From the NCBI GenBank assembly GCA_031416315.1, contig JANOTL010000094.1, positions 32,001 to 96,000 on the forward strand: DNA of 64,000 nucleotides, given 5' to 3'. The stretch is from Pseudomonadota bacterium (GTDB taxonomy: Bacteria; Bdellovibrionota_B; Oligoflexia; Oligoflexales; CAIYRB01). The translations under genes were made by a program, and so were the position numbers. Position 1 is the first letter of the stretch. Each line of letters begins with the position of its first letter. Of the stretch, positions 9,702 to 17,540 are shown in pieces. The notes beneath the pieces are model-generated. The model was not told the DNA's origin. It searched no databases and was given only the letters and a program-made list of their open reading frames with translations.

Positions 9702-10008
9702 GGCGGCGCTCCTCTTCAAGAAGGGAATCAGGCATGAGCAGGTTAAGCTCGCTCACGCGCTCGGCGCGCATCGCGTCGATGAGCTCTTTGGTGTGCCGGG
9801 AGATCCGTTGGGGATCTTTGGCGACGTCGCAGAGTCGCGACCCTTCCGGGTAATCCCAGCCTTCGCCTTTCAGCGCCGCCAAGATGCGTCGGTACTCTCT
9901 TTCCAGGCGCGGGTGTTGCGCCAGATCGGGCATGGCGCCGACGACTTTGAGCGCCATCGCGAGTCTGCTGCACGGGAATTCGCCCATGCATGTATCGCAG
10001 TGAGACAC
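9694..10008 (-). CDS. Small Cys-containing hypothetical protein
   Basis: AGGAGG RBS, GTG start, HCDTC...C and LCD; overlaps the USP start. Confidence 0.7.
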   Translation of the reverse strand: MSHCDTCMGEFPCSRLAMALKVVGAMPDLAQHPRLEREYRRILAALKGEGWDYPEGSRLCDVAKDPQRISRHTKELIDAMRAERVSELNLLMPDSLLEEERRLD

Positions 10009-10050
10009 GGCATACCTCCTGGCTCTCGTTGTAGCCTCTTCCCCTAAGGG

Positions 10051-10067
10051 AGCAATATTTGGGCCGC
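10051..10067 (-). promoter_or_regulatory. Sigma-54 promoter of small-protein/USP operon
   Basis: Minus strand GCGGCCCAAATATTGCT, GG-N10-GC. Confidence 0.7.
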
Positions 10068-10073
10068 ACGAGA

Positions 10074-10114
10074 CTGCGGGATTTCGCGCAAGCTTCCAGC
10101 GCGAAATCCCGCAG
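10074..10114. promoter_or_regulatory. Two inverted island boxes forming a 16-bp-arm inverted repeat (operator pair and possibly terminator)
   Basis: TGCGGGATTTCGCGCA (10075-10090) and AGCGCGAAATCCCGCA (10098-10113); first is 9 nt from the promoter GG. Confidence 0.7.
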
Positions 10115-10123
10115 CGCAGGGGT

Positions 10124-10852
10124 TTACTTCTCGAACAAGCGGTTCATCGCGTCGCCGTTCAGGCTGCGAACGTGCAGGAGATGGCGGCCCGTGCTCACCG
10201 TCTCCGGCAGGGCAATCGTCTGCTTGAAGCGCATCTCGACCGTCCGGCAATTCGCCCCGGGCGTCGTGTCGAACGCCATGATCGGAAGAATGTTCACCGT
10301 CTTGCCGTTGTCCTCGACGATCGCGCGGCTCCAGCTCATGCAGCGGTTCGTGATGCGACCGTAGATCACGGCCTCGAGGGCGCCGGTGTCCGCGTTGCGA
10401 TCGACGCGCACGTCGTCGACGGGCAAGTAGTCGAAATCGTCGGGAGACGTGCCGATGGCGCGCTTCACCTGGAGGGACTCCGTCAGGCTCGTGGTCACTC
10501 CTTGCACCTCTACGGCATAGGGACCCGGCTCGAGCTGACCTAGCTTAACCTCGAAGAAGTAGGGAACGAGCACTTGGACGCAAGGCGCCCCGAACTGCCG
10601 CGCCATAGGCGTGATCTCGACTGTGCGCGCCGCGTGGTCGATCGTCACCTCGGGCTTCGCCTGACGGTAACAGCCGCTCGGGAGGAAGCCTTCGACGACC
10701 ACCTCGGCTTCGTCATTGTCGTCGAAACCGATCGGCACGAAGACGGTGGTGGCGTCGATGCGGACGAGCTCGCCCGTGCGCGATTCGTCGGCTTGCGCGG
10801 TCGCGAGGCTCGCCATTGCGAGGGTCAGAAGGGACACTTTCTGCATGAACAT
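10124..10852 (-). CDS. Secreted two-domain 'GFDDND' protein (paralogue 3)
   Basis: Signal peptide, FVPIGFDDNDE, LPSGCY, NRCM, GRHLLHVRSLNG. Confidence 0.88.
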   Translation of the reverse strand: MFMQKVSLLTLAMASLATAQADESRTGELVRIDATTVFVPIGFDDNDEAEVVVEGFLPSGCYRQAKPEVTIDHAARTVEITPMARQFGAPCVQVLVPYFFEVKLGQLEPGPYAVEVQGVTTSLTESLQVKRAIGTSPDDFDYLPVDDVRVDRNADTGALEAVIYGRITNRCMSWSRAIVEDNGKTVNILPIMAFDTTPGANCRTVEMRFKQTIALPETVSTGRHLLHVRSLNGDAMNRLFEK

Positions 10853-10873
10853 GAGGACTCCTTACACGAACGT

Positions 10874-12034
10874 TCAGATTTTGCCTGGTTCCTGGCGAAT
10901 GATGCGCTTGAGTTCGCCCAGGAGGTCGCGCACGTCTTGCGGGACGCGCGTTCCGCCCGAGCCGGTGTAGCTTGCCATGAGATTCTCCTCAAGCGTCGCG
11001 TACGCCTTAGGTGCAAAAGAAGCGCCAGGTGCGAGTCGAATCGCGGACTCCAGGAAAAAATCCGAGCGCGAGATCCAGAAAGAGTGCTCGGTCATGGACG
11101 TGCAAATGCCGAGCAGGTAGTAGGCTTCGGCGACTTCGGCCCCGCGATCGGGGTGTCCGCGGATGAACCGGGTCAGGATCGCTTCCGCCGTCAGATAGTG
11201 GATCATCCCGTCGCGGTCGCGCAGAAACTGCATGAATTCATGGCCTTGATCCATGATCCTTTTCGCCGCGGCGAGGTCTCCGGCGGCGAGGACGCCGCGC
11301 GCGTCGAAGTCCTTCAGCGTCTTCAGCCAGCGCTCCAGCTGCGCTTTCACGTGGATCGGCGTCGACGCCTCGGCGATGAGGCCGGCGAGGACGGGCTGCG
11401 GCCGCTTGAAGTCGCTCTTCACGCTGATCGAGACGCGGAGGTAGTCCGTGAACGAGCCCAGCGTCGTCAGGAGCGCCGGATCGACGTCCTTGCTCTTGAA
11501 GATCGTCTCGAAGGTCGAGAGCGCGTCGTCGAACCGCCGGCTGACGAGCTGGAGCGTCGCGCGCTCCAGAGGTTGCAGCGTCTCCCCGTTGACCTTGGTG
11601 AAGAAGGCGTCGGAGCCGGGGAACTTGCGGCCCTCCGGCAAAGTGGAGTGACACGCGATGCAGTTGTCCGTCATGTGATGGAGGACGAAGCGCGCCTCGT
11701 CGAAGCGCTGCTTGCCGTAGTACATCTCGAGGCGGCGCGCGTCGCGCCCCAGAGACTTCGTCACGAACTCGAAAGCCCGGTCCTGCGTCTTTCCGTGCGC
11801 CTCGAGCGCCGCGGCGTTCCGCGACAGCTTCGCGAGCTCCGCGGCGATCCCCGGCCGATTCGTCGCTGCGGTGAACGCCGCGTCGTCGAAGCTCGCGCCC
11901 AAGACCTTCGTCATCGGGTCAAAGAGGCTCTGCATGATGCCTTGGGTCACGGTGGGCTCCGGCGCGTCCCCGGCCGCCCAGGCTGGCGTGCCGAAAAGGA
12001 GATGCACGGCGAGGCAAAGGGCGCGAAGGCTCAT
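10874..12034 (-). CDS. Exported monoheme cytochrome c (helical, c'-like) with TPR-like C-terminus (paralogue 1)
   Basis: Signal peptide from ATG 12034, CIACH after a helical domain, AEAYYLLG TPR-like repeats. Confidence 0.8.
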   Translation of the reverse strand: MSLRALCLAVHLLFGTPAWAAGDAPEPTVTQGIMQSLFDPMTKVLGASFDDAAFTAATNRPGIAAELAKLSRNAAALEAHGKTQDRAFEFVTKSLGRDARRLEMYYGKQRFDEARFVLHHMTDNCIACHSTLPEGRKFPGSDAFFTKVNGETLQPLERATLQLVSRRFDDALSTFETIFKSKDVDPALLTTLGSFTDYLRVSISVKSDFKRPQPVLAGLIAEASTPIHVKAQLERWLKTLKDFDARGVLAAGDLAAAKRIMDQGHEFMQFLRDRDGMIHYLTAEAILTRFIRGHPDRGAEVAEAYYLLGICTSMTEHSFWISRSDFFLESAIRLAPGASFAPKAYATLEENLMASYTGSGGTRVPQDVRDLLGELKRIIRQEPGKI

Positions 12035-12072
12035 GGGGGTGATCCTTGGTGAGGGAGGACGAGCGGTGGTTT

Positions 12073-12089
12073 TGCAGTGAACGTGCCAG
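12073..12089 (-). promoter_or_regulatory. Sigma-54 promoter of cytochrome c-TPR/GFDDND-3 operon
   Basis: Minus strand CTGGCACGTTCACTGCA. Confidence 0.8.
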
Positions 12090-12096
12090 GCGCCGC

Positions 12097-12112
12097 TGCG
12101 CCAACTGACGCA
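12097..12112. promoter_or_regulatory. Island palindromic box (TGCGCCAACTGACGCA)
   Basis: Exactly 9 nt from the GG of both flanking divergent sigma-54 promoters. Confidence 0.78.
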
Positions 12113-12119
12113 TCGACGA

Positions 12120-12136
12120 TCGGCACGGGCCTTGCT
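12120..12136 (+). promoter_or_regulatory. Sigma-54 promoter of CBS gene
   Basis: TCGGCACGGGCCTTGCT. Confidence 0.8.
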
Positions 12137-12164
12137 TTCGTCCCACTTCCGAGGAGGTGGGGCC

Positions 12165-12560
12165 ATGGCGAAGCGCATCAGGACCGTCGGAGAGTTCATG
12201 TCGCCGGCGACGCAATCGATCGCGCCGAAGGAGGCCCTGATTGCCGCGCGCCGCAAGATGGACCGAAACGGCATTCGGCACCTGCCGATCGTCGAGGACG
12301 GTCGGCCCATCGGCATCTTGACGGCGCGCGACCTCTACGCGCTGACGGCGGTCCACGACGTCGACTTCTGTCGCTCCTCCGTCGGCTTTGCCATGCATCG
12401 CGACCCGTTTTGCGTGCAGGCCACGGCACCGATCGACGAGGTGGCGCGCGAGCTCTACCGACGCTGTATCGACTCGGCGCTCGTCGTCGACGAGGACGGG
12501 AACCTGGTCGGCATCTTGACCGAGGCTGACTGCGTCAAGGCGCTCGCCGCGGGCGCGTGA
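12165..12560 (+). CDS. CBS-pair protein (paralogue 2)
   Basis: GAGGAGG RBS; IRHLPIV, GILTARD, LVGILTEAD. Confidence 0.88.
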   Translation: MAKRIRTVGEFMSPATQSIAPKEALIAARRKMDRNGIRHLPIVEDGRPIGILTARDLYALTAVHDVDFCRSSVGFAMHRDPFCVQATAPIDEVARELYRRCIDSALVVDEDGNLVGILTEADCVKALAAGA

Positions 12561-12567
12561 CCGAGCC

Positions 12568-14118
12568 TCAGTCCGCCATCGCGAGGCCGTGCTTCTCGAG
12601 CCGATATCGTAGCGTATGGCGCGAGATGCCGAGGAGCTGAGCCGCGCGCGTCTGGTTGTTGCGTGCCCGGTCAAGCGCTTGCGTCAAAAGGTTGCGCTCC
12701 AGCTCCTCCAGGTTGATGCCGCCTTCGGGCAAAGCGAATGGATCCGATTCGAAGGTGGCAGTCGGCAGCGGCGTCACGACCGGCGAGCCCGTCTGCAGCG
12801 CCGCGAGGGCTAGCGGCGCCGCGGCCGAACCGGGAGTCGGGGCCATCAGCTCGCTCGCGAGCCGAGGCGTCGGCGCGGCCGGCATCCCGACGGGCGCCGG
12901 AGCCCCCTCGGGCCAGGCCTCGATCTCGAGATGCGCTGCGTGCAACGTCGCCGGCTCGTGATAGACCATCGCGCGTTGCAAGACGTTGCGCAACTCTCGG
13001 ATGTTCCCCGGCCAGTCGTGAGTCCGCAAGGCCGCCAGCGCGTCCAGGCCGATCGCCGGCGCCTTGACGCCGAGCTCGGCGGCGATCTTGCCGCACAAGA
13101 AGGCGGCGAGTCGCGGCACGTCTTCCAGACGCTCGCGAAGCAGCGGAATCGTCACCGGCAGGACGTTGAGCCGGTAGTAGAGATCCGCCCGAAACCGCCC
13201 CTCGGCGACCTCGCGCAGGAGGTTTCGGTTCGTCGCCGCGACGATGCGGCCGGTGAACTCGACGTCTTTCGTGCCGCCGAGGCGTTTGAACCGGCGGTGC
13301 TCGAGGACGCGCAAGAGCTTGGCCTGCAGCTTCAGCGGCATTTCGCCGAGCTCGTCGAGGAAGATCGTGCCGTTGCGCGCGACCTCGAAAAGGCCGAGCT
13401 TGCGCTCGCGCGCGTCGGTAAAGGCGCCTTTCTCGTAGCCGAAGAGCTCGCTTTCGAGGAGCGTCTCGGGGATCGAGGCGCAGTTGATCTCGACGAAGGG
13501 TTGGCCGGCGCGATCGGACCACTCGTGCACGGCGCGCGCGGCGAGCTCTTTGCCCGTGCCGCTCTCGCCCAGGATGAGCGCCGTGTTCGCTTTGCTCCGG
13601 GCGATGCGCCGGAGCTGATCCTTGAGGCGCACGATGGAAGGCGCCTCGCCGACGATCTCGACCTCGACCTTGCCGGCGTCGTAAGCTTGCATGCCGCTGA
13701 CTTTTTGCCGGAGCTTCGCCACTTCGGCCGAGCGTTTCACCGAGGCGACCAAGTCCTTCATGTTGAAGGGCTTTTGCAGGTAGTCGAAGGCGCCGAGGCG
13801 CAGGGCGGTGATTGCGGAGTCGATCGCGCCGTGCGCGGTGATCAGGATGATCGGCAGATCCGGGTACTCGAAGCGCCACTTCTTTAGGAGCTCGAGGCCG
13901 TTGCCGTCGGGAAGGCGCAAGTCCGTGATCGCGACGTCGGGCGCCGCCGCCGGAAAGCGCTCGAGCGCCTCGCGCAGGCTTCCGGCGCGCGTCACTTCGG
14001 CGCCGAGGGCACGCAGCTCGTTGTCGATGCTCCACGCGAGCATCTCTTCGTCGTCGACAACGAGGATCCGAATGTCTTTCAACGAATTGGCCGGCAGCTG
14101 TTGGTTCTTATCACTCAT
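12568..14118 (-). CDS. NtrC-family sigma-54 activator (REC-AAA+-Fis HTH)
   Basis: VDDE/DLRLP REC, GESGTGKE, ESELFGYEKGAFTDA, FLDE, WPGNIREL, NQTRAAQLLGISR. Confidence 0.95.
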   Translation of the reverse strand: MSDKNQQLPANSLKDIRILVVDDEEMLAWSIDNELRALGAEVTRAGSLREALERFPAAAPDVAITDLRLPDGNGLELLKKWRFEYPDLPIILITAHGAIDSAITALRLGAFDYLQKPFNMKDLVASVKRSAEVAKLRQKVSGMQAYDAGKVEVEIVGEAPSIVRLKDQLRRIARSKANTALILGESGTGKELAARAVHEWSDRAGQPFVEINCASIPETLLESELFGYEKGAFTDARERKLGLFEVARNGTIFLDELGEMPLKLQAKLLRVLEHRRFKRLGGTKDVEFTGRIVAATNRNLLREVAEGRFRADLYYRLNVLPVTIPLLRERLEDVPRLAAFLCGKIAAELGVKAPAIGLDALAALRTHDWPGNIRELRNVLQRAMVYHEPATLHAAHLEIEAWPEGAPAPVGMPAAPTPRLASELMAPTPGSAAAPLALAALQTGSPVVTPLPTATFESDPFALPEGGINLEELERNLLTQALDRARNNQTRAAQLLGISRHTLRYRLEKHGLAMAD

Positions 14119-14789
14119 GCAGGGATCTCTCGGTGAAGGCGAAGGATGACGCGCGAGCCGCCGAGTGCGGCCGAGCGCTCGAAGGCCAAAAAGCCCCGGT
14201 GCGCGTCGACATATTTGCGTACGAGGGCGAGGCCGAGTCCGGTTCCGGCCTCTTTCGTCGAGTAAAACGGCTCTTCGGCGCGCAAGGCGACCGACGGAGG
14301 AAAGCCCGGACCGTTGTCCTCGATGACGATCTCGACCGAGGTCGCGGCGGCGCGTGCCGAGATTCCGAGGCGCGGGATCGTGGCGACATCTACGGCTTCA
14401 TAAGCGTTGCGGACGATGGCCCGGATGGCGAGCGCCATCTTGGCACGGTCCGCGATCACCAGAAGCGCGGCAGACACGTCGACCGTGACGACGCACGAGC
14501 TGGGAAGCGCAGCGCCTCGAAGCGCCTCCTCGACCAGGCCGAGGACCGAAACGACGCTCGGGTGGATGGCGGCCGGGCGCGCGAAATCGGCGAGCTCGGT
14601 GACGTAGTCGTTGAGGTCGGCCAGACGCCGGCGCACCTGCGCGATCGAGGCCTCGACGACCGCCGGATCGTTCGCGTTCGCTTCGACGACGTCGAGGACG
14701 GCGCCGATGCCGGCGATCGGGTTCTTGACGTTGTCGGCGATCGCGGCGACCCAGTGGGCCATCGACGCGAGAGCGGTTCCAGAACTCAT
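14115..14789 (-). CDS. Sensorless NtrB-like histidine kinase homologue lacking the canonical phospho-His
   Basis: H-box reads IADNVKNPI rather than IAHEIRNPL; intact N (RNA), DNGPG, PFYSTK, GTGLGL; 4-nt overlap with the activator gene. Confidence 0.85.
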   Translation of the reverse strand: MSSGTALASMAHWVAAIADNVKNPIAGIGAVLDVVEANANDPAVVEASIAQVRRRLADLNDYVTELADFARPAAIHPSVVSVLGLVEEALRGAALPSSCVVTVDVSAALLVIADRAKMALAIRAIVRNAYEAVDVATIPRLGISARAAATSVEIVIEDNGPGFPPSVALRAEEPFYSTKEAGTGLGLALVRKYVDAHRGFLAFERSAALGGSRVILRLHREIPA

Positions 14790-14824
14790 GGGCTCTCCGA
14801 AGGCATGCGGGCTGCGAGATGTTG

Positions 14825-14841
14825 AGCAATCGAAGGGCCCA
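14825..14841 (-). promoter_or_regulatory. Possible sigma-54 promoter of kinase-activator operon
   Basis: Minus strand TGGGCCCTTCGATTGCT, GG-N10-GC. Confidence 0.55.
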
Positions 14842-14855
14842 GTTGCTTGGCGCCC

Positions 14856-14868
14856 TAACTATCTGATT
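14856..14868 (-). promoter_or_regulatory. IHF-like site
   Basis: AATCAGATAGTTA matches WATCARNNNNTTR; lies between the sigma-54 motif and a box-like CGCGTGAAATACCACA at 14870-14885. Confidence 0.55.
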
Positions 14869-14913
14869 ACGCGTGAAATACCACACTTGAAGGTACTAAA
14901 TCGCGCAGATTCG

Positions 14914-14929
14914 AGTGCGATTTCACTCA
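14914..14929. promoter_or_regulatory. Island palindromic box (AGTGCGATTTCACTCA)
   Basis: Reverse complement TGAGTGAAATCGCACT resembles the 4338 box; 19 nt upstream of GG 14949. Confidence 0.6.
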
Positions 14930-14946
14930 ATCCTCAGTGAATTCGC

Positions 14947-14963
14947 CTGGTCACAGATTTGCT
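14947..14963 (+). promoter_or_regulatory. Sigma-54 promoter of USP-kinase-RR operon
   Basis: CTGGTCACAGATTTGCT. Confidence 0.72.
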
Positions 14964-14995
14964 CAACTCGTCGCAACCAACTCAAGGAGGCTCCC

Positions 14996-15979
14996 ATGTC
15001 CAAGAAATTCCTCGGCAAGAAAGCCAAGATCGAAGTGGCTCTCGAGCTCGACGGGCGCTGCCCCAACTTGATCGCAGTTGCCAAAAACGTCGCCGCCCGC
15101 ACCGGCATGACCTTGCGCTTGGCCCACGTGGTTGAGCCATTCTCGGACGCGTATCCGCCGACCCTCGTCGATCTCAAAGGCCCTCTCGCGGACGTCGTCG
15201 AGGCGATCGACGCGAGCCGCCAGCTGAGTGCCGAGGCCAAGCTGCGGGCAGCGGCGCCGGGCACGGGCGATGCGGAGACCTGCCTTTTGGTCGGTCGCCC
15301 GAGCCGCGCGCTCATGGTCGACGCGGAAGTCGTCAACGCGGCGATGATCCTGGTCGGCGCCGGCGCCCGGTCGTCGGGCTCTTATTCCGTGATGCCCGCC
15401 GGCATCTCGACGGCATTGCAGTTGATGGCGGAAGCGAATCGTCCCGTCATGGTCGTCGGCGCCAACTGCGAGCGCGACCTCGCGGCTCCACGCCTCAAGA
15501 TGCTCATCGCCGACGACCTCACGCCTGGATCGGAGGACGCGGTGCGTGCGGGCCTCGATTTCGCACGCGCCCTCGGCGACGTCGACGTCCTCCACCTGCA
15601 CGTCAATCCGCTCACGGAAGCGCGTCTGGAGGCGGCCGTCGCCGAGATTCGGGCGAGCCCCGCCACATCTGCCGCGCGCGAGGTCGACGCCGCGGAGGTC
15701 TTCGCGCGCACCCAGGCGCATTTGCAGGCGCTCTTGGCCGAGCGCGCCCCAGAGCACCGCGCCTTGCTCTCGATCAAGGGATCCACCTGCGTCACCGAGG
15801 TTGTCGTCGGCGACGCGGCCGACGCGATCGACGCCGCTGCGGCGCGCATCGGCGCCGACATCGTCGTCTTCGGCCGCCACCGCCGGCTGCACCTCGGTGC
15901 GTGGAGCTGGGGCAAGATGCCCCACCGCGAGATGCTGGCGCAAAAGCGGATCGTGCTCCTGGTCCCGCCGCAGTCTTGA
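14996..15979 (+). CDS. Tandem universal stress protein (paralogue 3)
   Basis: AAGGAGG RBS; LAHVVEP, IADDL, LHV, DIVVFGRH, VLLVP. Confidence 0.85.
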   Translation: MSKKFLGKKAKIEVALELDGRCPNLIAVAKNVAARTGMTLRLAHVVEPFSDAYPPTLVDLKGPLADVVEAIDASRQLSAEAKLRAAAPGTGDAETCLLVGRPSRALMVDAEVVNAAMILVGAGARSSGSYSVMPAGISTALQLMAEANRPVMVVGANCERDLAAPRLKMLIADDLTPGSEDAVRAGLDFARALGDVDVLHLHVNPLTEARLEAAVAEIRASPATSAAREVDAAEVFARTQAHLQALLAERAPEHRALLSIKGSTCVTEVVVGDAADAIDAAAARIGADIVVFGRHRRLHLGAWSWGKMPHREMLAQKRIVLLVPPQS

Positions 15980-15995
15980 TGCTAGGCTGCCCTCC

Positions 15996-17093
15996 ATGCA
16001 GGAAGCCGCAGAAATCAAGTTGCAGGAAGCCACGTTTCGCGGTCTTCTCGAGGCCGCGCCCGACGGCATCCTACTCGTCGATCGTTCGGGCGTCATCGCC
16101 TTCGCGAACGCCGCTTGCGCGAGCATCCTCGGCTACACCACGGCGGAGCTGATCGGTCAGCTGATCGAGATCGTCGTGCCGGCCTACATCCGACCGAATC
16201 ACGCAGCGCTGCGCGACAACTATTTCGCGGCGCCGCACACCCGGCCGATGGGGATCGGCCTCGATTTGGTCGCCGCCCGCAGGGACGGCACCAGCGTTCC
16301 CGTCGAGATCAGTCTGAGCCCGTTCACCTTCGAGGGTCACGATGGCGCCGTCGCCATCGTCCGCGACGTCACCGACCAAAGACGGTTGAGCCGGGAGCTC
16401 AAGCGCTCGAACGAAGAGCTCGAGCAATTCGCTTACGTCGCGTCGCACGATCTGCAAGAGCCTCTGCGCATGGTGTCTGGATATACGCAGCTTCTCAAGC
16501 GTCGATACGTGGACAAGCTCGACACCGACGCCAACGAATACATCGAGTTCGCGGTCGACGGCGTCAAGCGTATGCAGTCCTTGATCAGCGACCTGCTCGC
16601 ATTCTCGCGGCTCAGCACCCACGGCAAGAACTTCTCCACCGTCGACTTGCAGGACGTGTTCGAGCATGCCTGCGCCAACCTGCAAGCTTCGATCGCCGAG
16701 ACGCGGGCGCAGGTCGTCATCGAGGCTTTGCCGAAGGCGTCGGGGGACCGGACCCAGCTCATCCAGCTCGCGCAGAACCTAATCGGCAACGCGCTCAAGT
16801 TCCACAAGCCCGGTGTTGCGCCCGTGATCAAAGTGACGGCCGCCGACGAGGACAAGCTCTGGCGCCTCGACGTCGCGGATAACGGCATCGGCATCGAGCC
16901 TCAGTATCGCGACAAGATCTTCGTCATCTTCCAGCGCCTGCACACCCGAGACAAATACGCCGGCACCGGCATCGGACTCGCCGTTTGCAAGAAGATCGTC
17001 GAGCGTCACCACGGGCGCATCTGGATCGACTCCGAGCTGGAAGTCGGGACGACCTTCCACTTTACGCTACTCAAAGAAGGGGTGCGCTCGTGA
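15996..17093 (+). CDS. PAS sensor histidine kinase, paralogue of 1952-3052
   Basis: LLEAAPDG PAS, ASHDLQEPLR, NALKF, DNGIG, GTGIGL. Confidence 0.92.
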   Translation: MQEAAEIKLQEATFRGLLEAAPDGILLVDRSGVIAFANAACASILGYTTAELIGQLIEIVVPAYIRPNHAALRDNYFAAPHTRPMGIGLDLVAARRDGTSVPVEISLSPFTFEGHDGAVAIVRDVTDQRRLSRELKRSNEELEQFAYVASHDLQEPLRMVSGYTQLLKRRYVDKLDTDANEYIEFAVDGVKRMQSLISDLLAFSRLSTHGKNFSTVDLQDVFEHACANLQASIAETRAQVVIEALPKASGDRTQLIQLAQNLIGNALKFHKPGVAPVIKVTAADEDKLWRLDVADNGIGIEPQYRDKIFVIFQRLHTRDKYAGTGIGLAVCKKIVERHHGRIWIDSELEVGTTFHFTLLKEGVRS

Positions 17094-17536
17094 TCCTCGC
17101 GCATAGCGGACGGTCGGTCGAGATCCTCCTCGTCGAGGACAACCCCGGTGACGTGCGCCTCGCGGTCGAAGCGCTCAAAGAGGGGAACGTCCGTAGCAGC
17201 CTTTCCGTCGCCCAGGACGGCGTCGAGGCCTTGCGCTTCCTGCGGCGCGAAGGCCCTTACGCCGCCTCTCCCAAGCCCGACGTCATTCTGCTCGACCTCA
17301 ACCTGCCGAAGAAGGGCGGGCGCGAGGTGCTGGCGGAGATCAAGGCCGACGAGGCCTTGCGACGCATTCCGGTCATCGTGCTCACGACTTCGAACGCGGA
17401 GGAGGACATCCTCCGCAGCTACGACCTTCACGCAAACTGCTACATCACGAAGCCGGTCGACATGGATCATTTCATCACGGTCGTGAAGTCGATCGACGCG
17501 TTCTGGTTCAACGTCGTTACGATGCCGACGGCGTGA
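17090..17536 (+). CDS. Single-domain response regulator (Rcp1-like)
   Basis: ILLVEDNPGD, LLDLNLP, LTTS, ANCYITKP; GTG overlapping the kinase stop. Confidence 0.92.
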   Translation: MILAHSGRSVEILLVEDNPGDVRLAVEALKEGNVRSSLSVAQDGVEALRFLRREGPYAASPKPDVILLDLNLPKKGGREVLAEIKADEALRRIPVIVLTTSNAEEDILRSYDLHANCYITKPVDMDHFITVVKSIDAFWFNVVTMPTA

Positions 17537-17540
17537 CGGC

